From Octopus sinensis (Eukaryota), in assembly GCF_006345805.1 (NCBI RefSeq), contig NC_043010.1, positions 53,940,001-54,004,000 of the forward strand: DNA of 64,000 nt, written 5' to 3'. How positions within the stretch are numbered: position 1 is the first letter of the stretch; each line of letters opens with the position of its first letter. The notes beneath the pieces were generated by a model. It was not told the DNA's origin, searched no databases, and was given only the letters and a program-made list of their open reading frames with translations. Position numbers and translations under genes: made by a program. Shown in pieces: positions 13,661-28,470 of this stretch.

Positions 13661-14914
13661 AAATCATGCTATATATATAATGACGGAATTTAAATGACAT
13701 ATGAAGCAACATTAAACTAATTGGAGATTCTTAAATAACAAATTTGTTTTGTCAAGTATTTATCTCTTTACCAATTTACGAAACACTGTTTTCCATATTC
13801 TATTGAAAATAAAAACAAAAGTGATACATAATGTAGATAACTGCTACGTCACATACACATATAATGGTAAACGCCTATTTAATGTAGCGATTTGCAGATA
13901 TTCTAAATTTATTCCGCGCAGGCTGACAATCAATTCCACACTGTAAAATCAAGAAGGCTATGAAACGTTTCATAAGATATGCAACAAAATAAGTACATCT
14001 CATCTTAATCTTCAGCCGACTGTATTTTTCGCCATTGGTGATCACGCAAAGAAATATCAAACTCTGTAATCTCGTATAAACATTCAGCCTTTATTTAATT
14101 ACATTTAATACAATTTTATTGTACTTGTGGCTTGTAATTTTATTTTTTTCTTGTTTCCTTATATTCGTTTTGTTTACATTCCTTCTTACTCATTGTTTGT
14201 CGTGTTTTTGTTTCTTGATCAACTCTTATCTAACATTCGATAAGTTAAATTGACTAATTATATTTACTAGTTTCTGATCAACCTTTGATGTTGAGCTTTT
14301 GAAATTTCTACGAACTTTTATTCGCTTCTATTAACCTTTATCTCCTCCTCATTTATCTTCTATCAACTTCTCATCACTTCCTTCCTCACCGTCCATTACT
14401 TCCAGTTCTCTTTGTCTATTTACTAAAACGGTCTTTAACCTTCTATCTTATTAATGCTACCAGTCATCTCGGAGAGACGCGTGCGTTAACAGTAGGAAAT
14501 GTGATTAGCTATTCATGTTATCTTATCTTCTATTAGTTGATAATTTCACAAATTACTCTCCACCTTTACTGGAATTTCATGTCGTAGATGCAAATTCCGT
14601 TGAAACTAATGTTTTGTCGTTTCGGATACCAAGATTGTTGAATATAAATATATGTAGCGCACAGTTTCGCATACATGCTGATTTTAATGCGTAGATGCAT
14701 ATACGTATGCGTGTATATATACAAATAACTATACAAGAATGTATACAATATATATAATATATATATATATTATATATATATATAATATATATATATGCAT
14801 GTATTTTACACAGATGTGCATAGATGCATACATATGTTCATGCACACCCAAACAATTACATATAGGCAAATGCACACATATCGATATATGCACACGGCAT
14901 GCATTTGTACTTAC

Positions 14915-14948
<34 letters not shown>

Positions 14949-15393
14949 CACTCTTACATAGCCTCCAATACGTAAGTGTATATATCGTGTAATTGTTTAT
15001 ATAAATACACACACGAGTGTATTTATGTACTTGACGCAGTTGCTTGTGCATTTCGGTGTGTGTACGTAAATTGTATTAAATCGCATACAAACATATGTGT
15101 AGGTTTTTCAGATAAATGATATATTTGAACAAAGGTATAAATATACACATTGTGCTTTTGTGTATATCAGTCAACACAAAGGAGTGTGTAAACGCATTTA
15201 AAAGCGCATGCACACATCGCAACACGCTCACGCACATATACTTGTGGTTAAATATTTTCATACTCATAATGTAAACGCACATAAATGCATGCGTATATAT
15301 AATATTGATATAGATATGTAGGTACATAACATCTATATACATCTATATGTACACAGATACATACATGTGTGTGTATATATATTTATATATATA

Positions 15394-15431
<38 letters not shown>

Positions 15432-15444
15432 TATATATATATAA

Positions 15445-15872
15445 CGCGTTGTAGTGGCTGTGTGGCAAGTAATTTGCTTACCAGCCACATGGTTCCAGTT
15501 CCATCCCACTACGTGCGACCTTGGGCAAGTGTCTTCTACTATAGCCTCAGGCCGACCTAATCCTTGTGAGTGGATTTGATAGACGGAAACTGACAGAAAC
15601 CCGTCGTATATATGTTTATGTATATATGTATATATATGTATATACATACATGTGTGAATATGTTTATGTGCCTGCGTTTTCCCCACCAACATTGCTTGAC
15701 AACCGTTGCTGGTGTGTTTACGTCCCTGTAACTTAGTGGTTCGGCAAAATATCCCGATTGAATATGTACTAGGCTTACAAAGAATCAGTCCTGTGATCAA
15801 TTTGCTCGACTAAAGGCGTCGCTCCAGCATGGCCACAGTCAAATGACTGATAAGAGAGAGTAAAAAGAGAGA
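15445..15872 (+). mobile_element. SINE family A, full length
   Basis: Collinear with the other copies. Confidence 0.9.
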
Positions 15873-15987
15873 TTATATACGTCTACATATACACAGATTT
15901 TTCCATATAGACTCCACATATCTATGCAAAACATACATATACATAGAAACATACACACACACACACATACACACACACACCACACAC

Positions 15988-16072
<85 letters not shown>

Positions 16073-16760
16073 CATGCACAATCGAAGTACATTATGTGCT
16101 GATTGTATGTATATGTACTTATCATCACCACTGCACGCCGTTTGCTTGCAACCGCTGAAGTAGGTTCGCGGGATCGATAGTGCTAATAATTGATTAAATC
16201 TTGACAGGTTTTCTCTCGTACCGAAAATGTTTACTCAATTCTTTGCCGTTCTATTTGATTCTTATCTTCTAAATAGATTGATTGCATAAATCTCACCGGG
16301 AAAACGAATAATGAAATTAATTTCTTTACATTTTGGACTTCAGTTGGAGTTGCCTTCGTCGTCGTCGTTGTTGTTGTTTTTGGAACCGTTGTTGTTATTG
16401 TAATTTTTAGTATTGTAATTGTTTCTGCAGTTGTTGTTGTTCATCATTTGTTATATTTTATTTTATAGTTTGTCATATTCACTTACTATGTAATGTTGTT
16501 ATTGCTGTTGTTGTTGTTGATTTCTGTAGGTGAGTTACTAGTTGGTTATGGTACAACTGCAGATGATGATAACTTATTCTATTCAAGGTTTATGAATCGT
16601 TTTAGTTGAGATGAATTTGGAATTTCTCTTCTGCTTATTCGGAACAAGGAGAATAGTTGGCTTTAGTTATCCGAGCAAGATTTCCCCAGACTTATAAAAC
16701 TTATGAAATTCGATGTGATTGACGTTCAGCTTAACTATCGGCTGGTTGTATATATATATA

Positions 16761-16801
<41 letters not shown>

Positions 16802-17093
16802 TATGTATGGAAACACAGACACACACAGCCATACGTACATGTACACATACGCACGCACACATGCCCGCACACATGCACATACGCACGCATGTACAAGCAT
16901 GTACACGCTCATAGGAACACACATGCACACACTCGCACAAACACACACACGAAGGCATACGTACATACACATATATGTTTAAGTAAGTTTGAATATATAT
17001 ATACATATATATATACACATGTATGTATGCATGTTTGTATGCATATAGGATGTATAAATCTGTATCCATATATATATGTATACACATATATAA

Positions 17094-17150
<57 letters not shown>

Positions 17151-17193
17151 ATTATATATGCATGTATGTATATGTCTGCGTGTATCAGGAGTA

Positions 17194-17263
17194 TCTTTGC
17201 TTAGTGGAGCGCGAAGCGCTCAATCGGAATTTGATTGTACAGGGTTCGATTCAGTGTAGAGGT
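17194..17263 (+). other. tRNA-like cloverleaf / Pol III-type element (non-canonical)
   Basis: Possible stems TCTTTGC/GTAGAGG, AGTG/CGCT and CAATC/GATTG (7-nt loop GGAATTT); B-box GGTTCGATTC; T-run at about 17275-17288. The T-stem is degenerate. Confidence 0.45.
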
Positions 17264-17364
17264 TTCGTAGCTGCTTTTATTTTTTTTTAACGGTGGTAAG
17301 GGACATCACCGCAGCTCTCGGGTTGGAACTGGTTACGAAAACAATATGTATATCTATCTATCTA

Positions 17365-17427
<63 letters not shown>

Positions 17428-17542
17428 GTTTGTTTGTTTATTTTTTCTTTCTTGCTTTCTTTCTTTCTTTCGTTCTTTCCTTTCTTTCTTTCTTGCTATC
17501 TATCTATCTTTCTATGTATGTATGTATGTATGTATGTATCTA

Positions 17543-17617
<75 letters not shown>

Positions 17618-18295
17618 GTCTATGTGTGTGTGTGTGTGTGTGTGTGTTTGTGTGTGTGTATCTTTGTTAATTCTGTAGTTTTACTAAACACAAATATCTT
17701 ATTTTCTTTATGCTGAATTTGTCTTGATGTTGATAGTCTATCCAGTTGCTGTTTTTTTATGACGTTGTAGTTGTGAGTGGTGCTATTGTATTTCCATGTT
17801 TCTACACAGCGGGAAATCGGCTGCTACACCATCAGAATGTTGGATACCTTGTTTTGGTGATAATTGGTCCGGCTCCTTTTACTCTGAGTTCACATCCAGC
17901 CAAGGCCATCTTTGTCTAATCTATTCTATTGTATCGATATATAAAACAGCACGCCTGGTATGTATTTGCGAAAATCTTAAGAATTAGACTCAGCACCATA
18001 AAGCATAAGATAAGTTGCAGTTGTGTCTGTCGTGCGATCTAACCTGGCCTGTTATTACGGTAAACAAATAGTCACATACTTTTTGTAGATATTATCACAC
18101 ATGCATTCTCACACACACACACACGCACACACATATATATTAATATATCGCGTGATAGATCATGGGATGGAAGAATGTGCTCTGTACCGTTTTAGTTTTA
18201 AAATGATCCCGCCCCGATGCAGAGCGGACCAATATTTACCCTGACCAGAAGGGTAATCTGTCGCAGGGATATCCGTTTACACCTTAATAGAATAC

Positions 18296-18520
18296 TCTTT
18301 TACTCTTTTATTTGTTTCAGTTAACAGTTAACAGCGGCCATGCTAGAGCTCCGCCTTTAGTCGAGCAAATCGACCCCAGGACTTTGGAAGCCTAGTACTT
18401 ATTCTATCGGTTTCTTTTGCCGAACCGCTATGTTACGGGGACGTAAACACACCAGCATCGGTTGTCAACCGATGTTGGTGGAACAAACACAGACACACAA
18501 ACACAGACACACACACACAA

Positions 18521-18555
<35 letters not shown>

Positions 18556-18705
18556 CATACATATATACGACAGGCTTCTTTCAGTTTCCAAATCAACCAA
18601 ATCCACTCACAAGTCTTTGGTTGTCCAAGGTGCCACGCATTGGGAATGAATCCGGAACCATGTGGTTGGTAAGCAAGCTACTTATCACACAGCCATTCCT
18701 GCGCC
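18296..18705 (-). mobile_element. SINE family A, near full length
   Basis: Collinear with the other copies, with a small internal deletion. Confidence 0.9.
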
Positions 18706-19293
18706 TGTGGTGTAATAGGAAATGAAGTGTTTTGATGAATAACGCAACGGACTTGAAACCACGATTTAGCAACAGTGAGTGCAACACACTAACCACACAC
18801 ACACACACACACATACAAACACACGCGTACGCACGCACACACAATGATATATACATTTTTATGTAAACAACGGTAGATTCTTTGTTTTAATCAAGCGATA
18901 GGCTGGCTGTTATGCGATATCGGAATTCAACTCCGTGTTAGCAGATCTATGGCACCTGACTTGTAGATTAAGCTGTTTTTGTTTACCTGCATGTGAAGGC
19001 TGATTGTGAACACCTGCCATCGAACAGATTCCAATCATGCTTATTGAAATTGTATCTCCTTCTAAATGGTAGAATGCAATTTTATTGAAATTTTTCTGCT
19101 ATATTTCCTTTCACGACTAGCGATCAAGTAGAGGGTCACTCGCCTGCTTATTGATGTAAACTACATTATTCTCATTTATCTTGGTTATTCTTTTGTGCTT
19201 GAATGAATGGATCTACTCTTAAAAACAATGCAGGCTTGACTACAACATATATTTCAAACAGTTAAGTCCGCTATAGTTTTCCTTTATAACTGA

Positions 19294-19690
19294 CTAGCAG
19301 TATCGCCCGGCGTTGCTCGGGTTTGTAGGGAAATAACTATATAAGCATTTTTAGAGAGTTATAGCCAATAAATAGCAAAATATGCATTAAAAATGGAAAA
19401 GAAATTATGGTAAATTATTTTTTAAATCGTTGACCCGTCGTAGACATTTTTAGAGAGTTACTTCCCTTATATAATAGCGAAGAAAATGCATTAAAATGGA
19501 AAAAAATGATGGTAATTTTTTTTTAAAATCGTAGACTCATCGTAGACGCGCGCTAATACCCAGAAGGGCTCGATATGAATCACGACTATAAGATACCCGG
19601 TTTTGGTTAAACTGCACCACAAAATGTGGGAGTAGTTAGGAATGTAAATCGTAGGAGACAGACACACAACTTGACTTTTATATATAAAGA
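19294..19690 (-). mobile_element. Non-autonomous Helitron
   Basis: 5'-TC(TTTATATATAAAA) start; 3' hairpin CCCGAGCAACGCCGGG followed by CTAG; A|T target; internal partial tandem duplication. Confidence 0.85.
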
Positions 19691-20229
19691 TATTTAATCA
19701 TTCTTTAATGCTGGCCCGATGGGATTTAAAGAGAATTTGGCTGCTCTGAACAACATGTAAAGTGACCACAGAGACATTCCCTTTGAAATATATAATAAAC
19801 TTGGATTAAATATTAAGAAGATAGAACAGAATATTATTATCCACGTTAATTTGTCGTTTATTTGTAGGCACCAGATTTTTCTTAAGAATCGAAATATTAA
19901 AGAAGAATAGTTTTGTTAAATGTAATGTAACAAACTGAATTATATAACAGACAAGTATTTTATCTGTTCTTAAGGGAAACAAAATAGTTTTCATCCTCGA
20001 GCGGTTTTATAGTTAAAACGAAAATGCTGCGTTAAATACCGCATTGCATTTAATGTTAGTAGTTTCTTCTCTCGCGGTTGCAGCCACGACAAAATTAATG
20101 GTCCTTCCCCACAATAATGCAACTCACTTTTCAATCTAATGCGTGGCATCTTCAGTTTCTTTTACTATCGCTACGTTTCGGACAAACCCACATGAATGAA
20201 ATTGGGTACTAGGAATTGTGTGGAGACAC

Positions 20230-20540
20230 ATCTTATTGATATTGGTTCTAAGTCTTTGCACTAGGCCAGTAGTTTCAAGGATTGTGCTAAGTCGATTACA
20301 TCGACCACAGCGCTCATTTTATGCTTATGTTATTGACTGCCGGAAGGATGCAATGCATACTAGTCAACCTTGGCGGAATTTTAGCACAAAGCCCGCAGGC
20401 AGACAAAATGAAGCTAAGAATTTTACCCGGCGTCCTAACCATTCCTATTTCTTTATTGCCCACAAGGGGCTAAAGATAGAGGGGGCAAGCAAGGACAGAC
20501 AAAGGCATTAAGTCGATTAAATCAACCCCACTACGCAACT
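20230..20540 (-). mobile_element. Two adjacent family-B SINE fragments
   Basis: GTCGATTACATCGACC and TTTATTGCCCACAAGGGGCTAAA motifs. Confidence 0.75.
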
Positions 20541-20853
20541 TCTTTTTGATGTTGTGTCCAGCCATGTTGTTTGTAGTAACTCTCTGCATGATAAATTCAA
20601 GTTTCGGTCGAAAATCACTATGATCGTGAATAAAAGGCTCCGTCAGTTAATTCATCTGAAGATTAACCAGTTATTTAACAAGGCTGATAGTTGTGGTTCC
20701 AAAGTTGGAGACAGTATTCATCGTATTTACGATAAATAGCCTCCCACGCCAAATACGCTACTTGTCGCTTCGGTGTGTATGTATGTATGTATGTATGTAT
20801 GTATGTGTATGTATGTGTATGTATGTATGCATATATGTATATCTGTATGCATG

Positions 20854-20890
<37 letters not shown>

Positions 20891-22771
20891 TATGTAAAAA
20901 AATACAAACTGGGACAGGAATGCAAAACATTTAGAAGACGATACAAAAAACACAGACGGAAGCCTTCAATCTTCAGTCAAGAACCGGATCATCTTCGCAA
21001 TTTCGGCTATATATATATATGTATGTGTGTGTGTGTGTTTATGTGCGTATGTATGTATGTATGTATGTATGTATGTATGTATGTATGTATGTATGTGTAT
21101 TTGTGTGTCTGTCTTGAATTTATATTTTCATTATCTCATACAGCAGTGACCAAATCGCCACATATGAATTAGAAGAAAACAAATGCTTTAAAATTGGCAT
21201 GATTCAAAATTTATTTACCTTGCAGTCTTTATGCCGGATGAATACACTGGATAAATTACTACTGAATCTAATATTGCTTGCAGAAAACTAGACGAGATAC
21301 TTACGGCATTTATGGCGATTCAGCGCTAAATATTCGACATCATATAGATGTATAGAAATACATGTTGCTTCATGTTTGTGATGAAGAATTCAGGTAGCAC
21401 ATTGTCATTTGTTGCTGTGTTCGATCAATTTCCGCCATTTATATCGTAATACAGATACAATTAAATATCTGGCTGCCATCTGTGAGTTTAAATGTTCCTT
21501 ATTATTTAGAATAATATACCAATACTGATATTCAATTAATATACAAGTATTGTTATTATATACCACTCCAATATATGAAGTAATTATCCTAGCAAATCAG
21601 TTGTTGAGAGTCTGGTGCGTCGTTTATTATCTAATTCAGAGAAATAATTATTTAGTCTCTTGTAATATATGAGTAATTGAATAAACAGTTATTACTGGAT
21701 ATCATTTTAATGTTATCGTTATTATATTTAGGCTTTCTTCATATGTTTCTGAATACGAATTAATATCTTAAATTATCCCGAAATACATAGGATTTATAAA
21801 ATATGGGAAAATGCATTGAGATATTTCAATTTTGAAATTCGTAAAATGAATATTACGTAAAACAGGAAGATAAGTCTGATGATCAGACTGTCACTGACTG
21901 ATTCTGCAATGGCCCAAGGTGACTGAGCTCTGGGCTTATGTCGAACACCCGCTGTCGCATTCGAGAAGAGTACAGCTGTCGAGCGAATCTCTAATTAAGG
22001 TTGTTCCGCCGACCTCCCTGAATAGGGAGGAGCGAGCCTGTTTTCTTTCGTTAGTTGTTGTTGCGAAAGAAGTAGTATAGAAGTTGAGAGTGGAAGGAAT
22101 TGCAACAGGCATGTTCATCTCCAGTCTCGAGCTAATCGACTTTTTCGTTTTCCACATGAATCTGAAAATAACGCTGGAGAAGAAATGCCTGTCGCAAAGT
22201 GTGTTTTGTAAAATATGCAAGTGTATAGCAAGTATGTTGCGAGTGAAAGAACCTGTTTAAACGAAAATATAAAAAGGAGAAAGCAAAGTCTTCAGTGTGA
22301 GTATATGGTTTCTGGGGTCGACCGCGTCCTCTGCTTCATTTTTTGTAAATCACTCATTCTCATTTAAATGTATATATTTTAATTGCTTTTTATTCATACG
22401 TTTCGTCTCATTCGATACCCTGACCCCAATGTTTGTTTTGTCTGTGCAGGTATCGTTCCCTCTTTTTCTCAACCTCACGGTTAATAAAGAAATTGACTGT
22501 AAAGCAGCACATATCGATAGTTCTCCCTGGTTTCTGTATGCTATATTGACGCTCTGAGTAATTAACACAGACAGATGCTCGCAACATGAAGTCATCACCC
22601 ATTCATTAAACATAAAAATGTAACGAGGGCCAATTAATATTAGCTTTTCTTGGCATTGGATCGATTTGACTCGCGGAAAGTAAATAGCATTGCATTTCCT
22701 TCGATGAAGGATGCGTTGAGAAGAAGAAATACGTGTAAGACATACAGTGAAAAACACGCGTACGTACATTT

Positions 22772-23163
22772 ACTCTTTACTCTTTTACTTGTTTCAGTCA
22801 TTTGACTGTGGCCATGCTGGAGCACCGCCTTTTAGTCGAGCAAATCGACCCCATAACTTATTCTTTGTAAGCCTAGTACTTATTCTATCGGTCTCTTTTG
22901 CCGAACCACCAAGTTACGAGGACGTAAACACACCAGCATCGGTTGTCAAGCGATGTTGGGGGAACAAACAGACACACAAACATATACACACACATACATA
23001 CATATACATGTATATATACATATATACGACAGGCTTCTTTCAGTTTCCAGCTACCAAACCCACTGACAAGACTTTGGTCAGCCCGAGGCTATAGTCGAAG
23101 ACACTTACCACGCAGTAGGACTGAACCCGGAACCATGCGATTGGTAAGCAAGCCACTCCTACG
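22772..23163 (-). mobile_element. SINE family A
   Basis: Collinear with the other copies. Confidence 0.9.
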
Positions 23164-23588
23164 CAATGTTTTCTTGCATTTGAACGTGTCATTTTATCAG
23201 GAAGACTTGTGCATGTTCTCTTAAGGGGTTCGGTCGATCGAACTGATTCTAACACTTATCCTAACGGTGTCTTATTAAGTTACAGGAAAATAGACGAACA
23301 TGCGTTGTCAAGCAACATGAAGAATACAAAACATACACAATCATTCCCACGATGACACACACATATACACCCCCATACACACACACACATATATACACAA
23401 ACATACACACACATACACATACATGCACACACACACACACACATATATGTATAGACCTATCACGTTGTTGTGGTCGCATGATAGAGACAAGTAAACGTGT
23501 GTGTGGTCTTTTTTGTGCATGTGTTTGTGTCGTGTACGCCAGTGTGTGTGTATGCGTGTGTGTGAGAGAGTGAGTGAGTGTGTGTGTG

Positions 23589-23620
<32 letters not shown>

Positions 23621-24714
23621 CTTATTTATGTTAGAGGTTTACGTACTGAGTGCCATGTTAGAAACTTTTATTACTTGCAATCTTAGTCGTACGTGGAGAA
23701 GCAATAATGAATACAATAAACCTTGCAGCATTTCTTAGCAGTCCCCAACGAATATACGAAACATTCAGGAAATAAAGGATTAAAATCTCAATATAGTTTA
23801 CCGCTATAAGGTACAGGCGCACTAATTTAATCCTTGTCAGCAAGCCATGTTTCCCATATATATGTGATTAAGTGTTTTATTTTTAACCTGTTCAGTATAA
23901 TAATGTCTAGCGAAGCCTGGAGTTCCCTTAATCAAAGTAATTTTTTTTTGTGTGGTAACATATTTATGAAGATGTTTTAACTAGGGTATTGTTATATATC
24001 GGAATGGTTTTTTTTTTCGCTAAATACTCAACTGCACTACATAGTCGTTCTTCTTTTGGCTTTGTTACAGTTTTCCATTTATTTTTATGTCCTTACTTTT
24101 AAACATTTCGTCATCCTATGACCTCGGCAGCGACTCTCCATCTCACGTGTTTCCTCCTGCTCTGGTTAGTCTATTCTGTCTTATTCCATTCTGAAGACAG
24201 AATTCACAAAAACAGAACAAGAGAAGACATCGGGAATGTAGGGTCACTGATGAGGTAACTGAATGGATGGCTGATGAAATATTTAAGACAAGTACACAAA
24301 TATACGAAAAACAATTAAGAAGATTTAAAAAAAAAAAATATACTGTGCGTGCGTTTATTTTTTCAAAGAAAAATGACCATCCCAAAACATAAAATATCTG
24401 TTTCAACACACGATCTAACATAAATAAACTTTCAAAACAAATACATACACTTAGGATAATACGGAGAATAATATTGATATTATTTAGTTAAATAACTAAA
24501 GTATAAACAAATTCTATGAAAATAAAGCTACGTTACAGAAGAGCAGGCTTACATATAACATCTCACACGCATAGGTTGTCCAAATAACAACGAATACAGA
24601 GAGATAAAAGCAGAAAATGCGTGATAGATAAGTAGAGGTAGTTAGTGAATCGCAAGGATAGCGAGGGAAAGAGCGAGATAAGAAAATAACAAGGATGATT
24701 AGAACGACGAATAC

Positions 24715-24778
24715 GCATGTATATCTATATATGTATATATATACCTGCATGTATATATGTATATATATATATATTATA

Positions 24779-24826
<48 letters not shown>

Positions 24827-25190
24827 TTATATATACATACACGTATATGTATACAACATTACATATAAATATATATATACACACAAACATATATACACAT
24901 ATATACATATATGTATATAAGTGTTAGTGTATATATATATATTTATATGTATATAGTGTTAGTGTATATATATATTTATATGTATATAGTGTTAGTGTAT
25001 ATATATATATGTATATATATATATATGTGTAATATATATGTATATATATACCTGCATGTATATATGTATATATATATCTATATGTTTATATATATATATA
25101 TATACAAATATATACATATAAATACATATATATGTGTATATATATATGTGTATATATATATGTATATATATATGTGTATATATATACATG

Positions 25191-25223
<33 letters not shown>

Positions 25224-25295
25224 GTGTATATATATATGTATACATATATGTATATATATATATGCATATATATGCATATATATATATATATATAA

Positions 25296-25364
<69 letters not shown>

Positions 25365-25375
25365 ATATATATACA
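24715..25375. repeat. Long compound (TA)n/(TG)n microsatellite, representative of dozens in the window
   Basis: Direct reading. Comparable tracts occur at 9510-9710, 10590-10810, 16000-16075, 26460-26625, 46830-47040, 53715-53940 and 56665-57020, with (TATC)n at 11995-12060, 17350-17620, 26970-27058, 27455-27680, 30977-31095, 42885-43000 and 57905-57992. Confidence 0.95.
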
Positions 25376-25800
25376 GGAAGGCATAGTGGAACACACAGTG
25401 AATGATAAAGACCGGGATACAAATGAAGTAAGGACGAAAGTAATATTCTATTATTTGATGCTGTGTTCGCATGTCTCCATTCCATCCAGACTTGCATTCA
25501 GAGTTAACGACCAAGCATTCGTGACCTCGTGACACAAAACTCAACTCAGTATACCTGACAGGAAATATCGGTTGTATAGAATATCTGTCTTTAGGCATCA
25601 TCCATGGAGGATTCTATTTAATCTTAGAATGCATGCTTTGTGACTGATGTGAATATACTCATACACACATGGACACGGATACGAACATACGCACACAGGT
25701 GCTCATACACACACAGACACACACACACACACAAACATGCACATGCACAATCAAATACAGACGCAGAGATCCGTAAACATACATGTGTTTATATAAGTAA

Positions 25801-25838
<38 letters not shown>

Positions 25839-25930
25839 ATGTATATATCTATATATATATGCATACATATACACCTTTCAATCTCTCTCTCTCTACTTAT
25901 ATATATATATATATATATTCATACACAGAC

Positions 25931-25979
<49 letters not shown>

Positions 25980-26227
25980 CACACATGTATATAAACATGC
26001 TTATATACATTTATATACAGATACACATGGATTTATGAATGACTACTAAAATATGCATGTGTGCGCCTGTGTGAGTATAAATACTTATATATGTGTGTAT
26101 ATATATACATTTAAATATATATATATATACACACACACACGCACGTATATATATATATAACTATATGTATATATATGTATGTATATATATATATACATAT
26201 ACGTATGCATAATACACACACACACGC

Positions 26228-26279
<52 letters not shown>

Positions 26280-26478
26280 TATGTGTATATATATACATAG
26301 AAAGAGGGCGAGAGAGAAGGACACAAACACTGCATTGGTATGATTGTTATACTTGAATCAGCAAACAGGATCGTCTACCTTTTCAAATCGATATTCCTAA
26401 AAGACATTTTAGAGACACTGGCATATATAAACATACCTACGTGTATATCCATGTCTGTGTTAGCGTGTATATAATATA

Positions 26479-26623
<145 letters not shown>

Positions 26624-26973
26624 TAAATTGCTTACCTATAAAGTATGCATTTACATATGCGAATGTGTGCATATATATTTATGGACACATACGCAACTAT
26701 CGAAGCTAGCTTTTCATAAGCAAGTATATTCAACTGATTATATGTATCTTCAGACATCTATACTCCTGTCTACTTATAAACAATTCCCCTTTGTTTACGA
26801 AAGCCTCTCGACATGTTATTTTTATCGCTGATGTTTCTTTTACTTATAAGCAAACATATAATGACTGATGTTGAGTACCAACACACAAACACACCTTGCA
26901 TACATTGATGCGCCTCTTCCTACATATGCAAATATATCTAAGCGTCTATCTGATTTTCTGTCTGTCAAATCTG

Positions 26974-27056
<83 letters not shown>

Positions 27057-27058
<2 letters not shown>

Positions 27059-27454
27059 GACGAAGCCACCTTGAGCATGATCCTATGAACCCAGAAATTG
27101 AAAACAGAGAGTTGCTTATTTGCCAAAAGAAAAAAAAAGAAATATAACAGGTGACTCCATTGACCGAGGTTACCGTGGTCTTTTCCGTAGGCTTTTCTTT
27201 CCACTGGTAAACCTCACCTGTCCTCCCCTTTACACTTCATATTGACATTTCTGTGATAACGATCCCTATTGATCATTTTTTTTTCCTCTCCCCCCTTTTT
27301 TTTTAACCCCCTTTTTTTTGTCCTCTTTCTCTCCTTTTACGATCCCTTTGATCGAAACTCCCCCTTCCTTTTTTTTTTTAAACCTTCAAAAGAAAAGCTC
27401 TACCTTGTAATTTGTTCTATCTGTGTGCAGCCCTGTGTGGCTAATAAAGAAACA
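27057..27454 (+). mobile_element. Tx1 3'-terminal fragment (copy T2) embedded in (TATC)n
   Basis: Nearly identical to the reverse complement of 28471-28855 (last ORF2 codons plus 3'UTR). Flanked on both sides by (TATC)n/(TACC)n. Confidence 0.93.
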
Positions 27455-27529
27455 TATCTATCTATATATCTAACTATCTATCTATCTACCTACCTATATA
27501 CCTACCTATCTACCTACATATCCATCTAC

Positions 27530-27592
<63 letters not shown>

Positions 27593-27915
27593 ACTATCTA
27601 TCTATCTACCTACCTATATACCTACCTATCTATCTATCTATCTATCTATCTATATCTATCTATTTATCGATCTATCGATCTATATCCATATATGTATGTA
27701 TATATGTAGGAGTATGTATATATGTATGTTATGCGTATGTGTTGGTGTGTGTTAAGAAGCTTCCTTCACAACTATTTGTATCCAGGTTCACTCCCACTGC
27801 TAATATAGCCGCGGGCCAAGCAAATATTTGTGAGGGCATTTGGTAGACGAAACTAAAGAAGCCCGGCGTTGTGTATATCTATCTATGATTCTATATTTAT
27901 ACCTACATACACACC

Positions 27916-27981
<66 letters not shown>

Positions 27982-27982
27982 C

Positions 27983-28016
<34 letters not shown>

Positions 28017-28118
28017 GTATATATATATATATATATATAATATTAGGGTAAATGATTCCAAACTTACAGGGAATATTCAATTTAGTAATACTAAATCAAA
28101 TTTCACAATATATAATAC

Positions 28119-28326
28119 ATGTATATAAATTAGAGAAGAACCACCACGAAGCAATTCAACGATGATGTTATTAAATCATATCATAGAGAAACAAATTAAA
28201 GATACGATAAAACATTAACCTAGAACTAGCATTTTATCGTATCTTTAATTTTTTTCCTATATGGTATGATTTAAGTATATCATTGTTGAATTGCTACATG
28301 GTGGTTCTTCTCTAACTTATATACAT
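28119..28326. repeat. Imperfect fold-back, about 94-bp arms
   Basis: ...TAGAGAAGAACCACC...GATACGATAAAA / TTTTATCGTATC...GGTGGTTCTTCTCTA; about 19-nt loop. Confidence 0.9.
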
Positions 28327-28470
28327 ATATATATATATATATTAAAGGCGGTGCTCCAGCATGGCCGCAGTCAAAGACTGAAACAAGTAAAAGGATTTAT
28401 AATACAAACACGTAGACATACACACGCACACACACATACACACACGCATATATATATACATAGATAAATA

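Noticed and set aside
17796-17987. GC-richer island that looked like an exon on either strand
   Set aside because: The minus strand (CCTTGGCTGGATGTGAACTCAGAG...) resembles the antisense of a decayed family-B-like SINE (cf. 4470-4490), which explains the composition.
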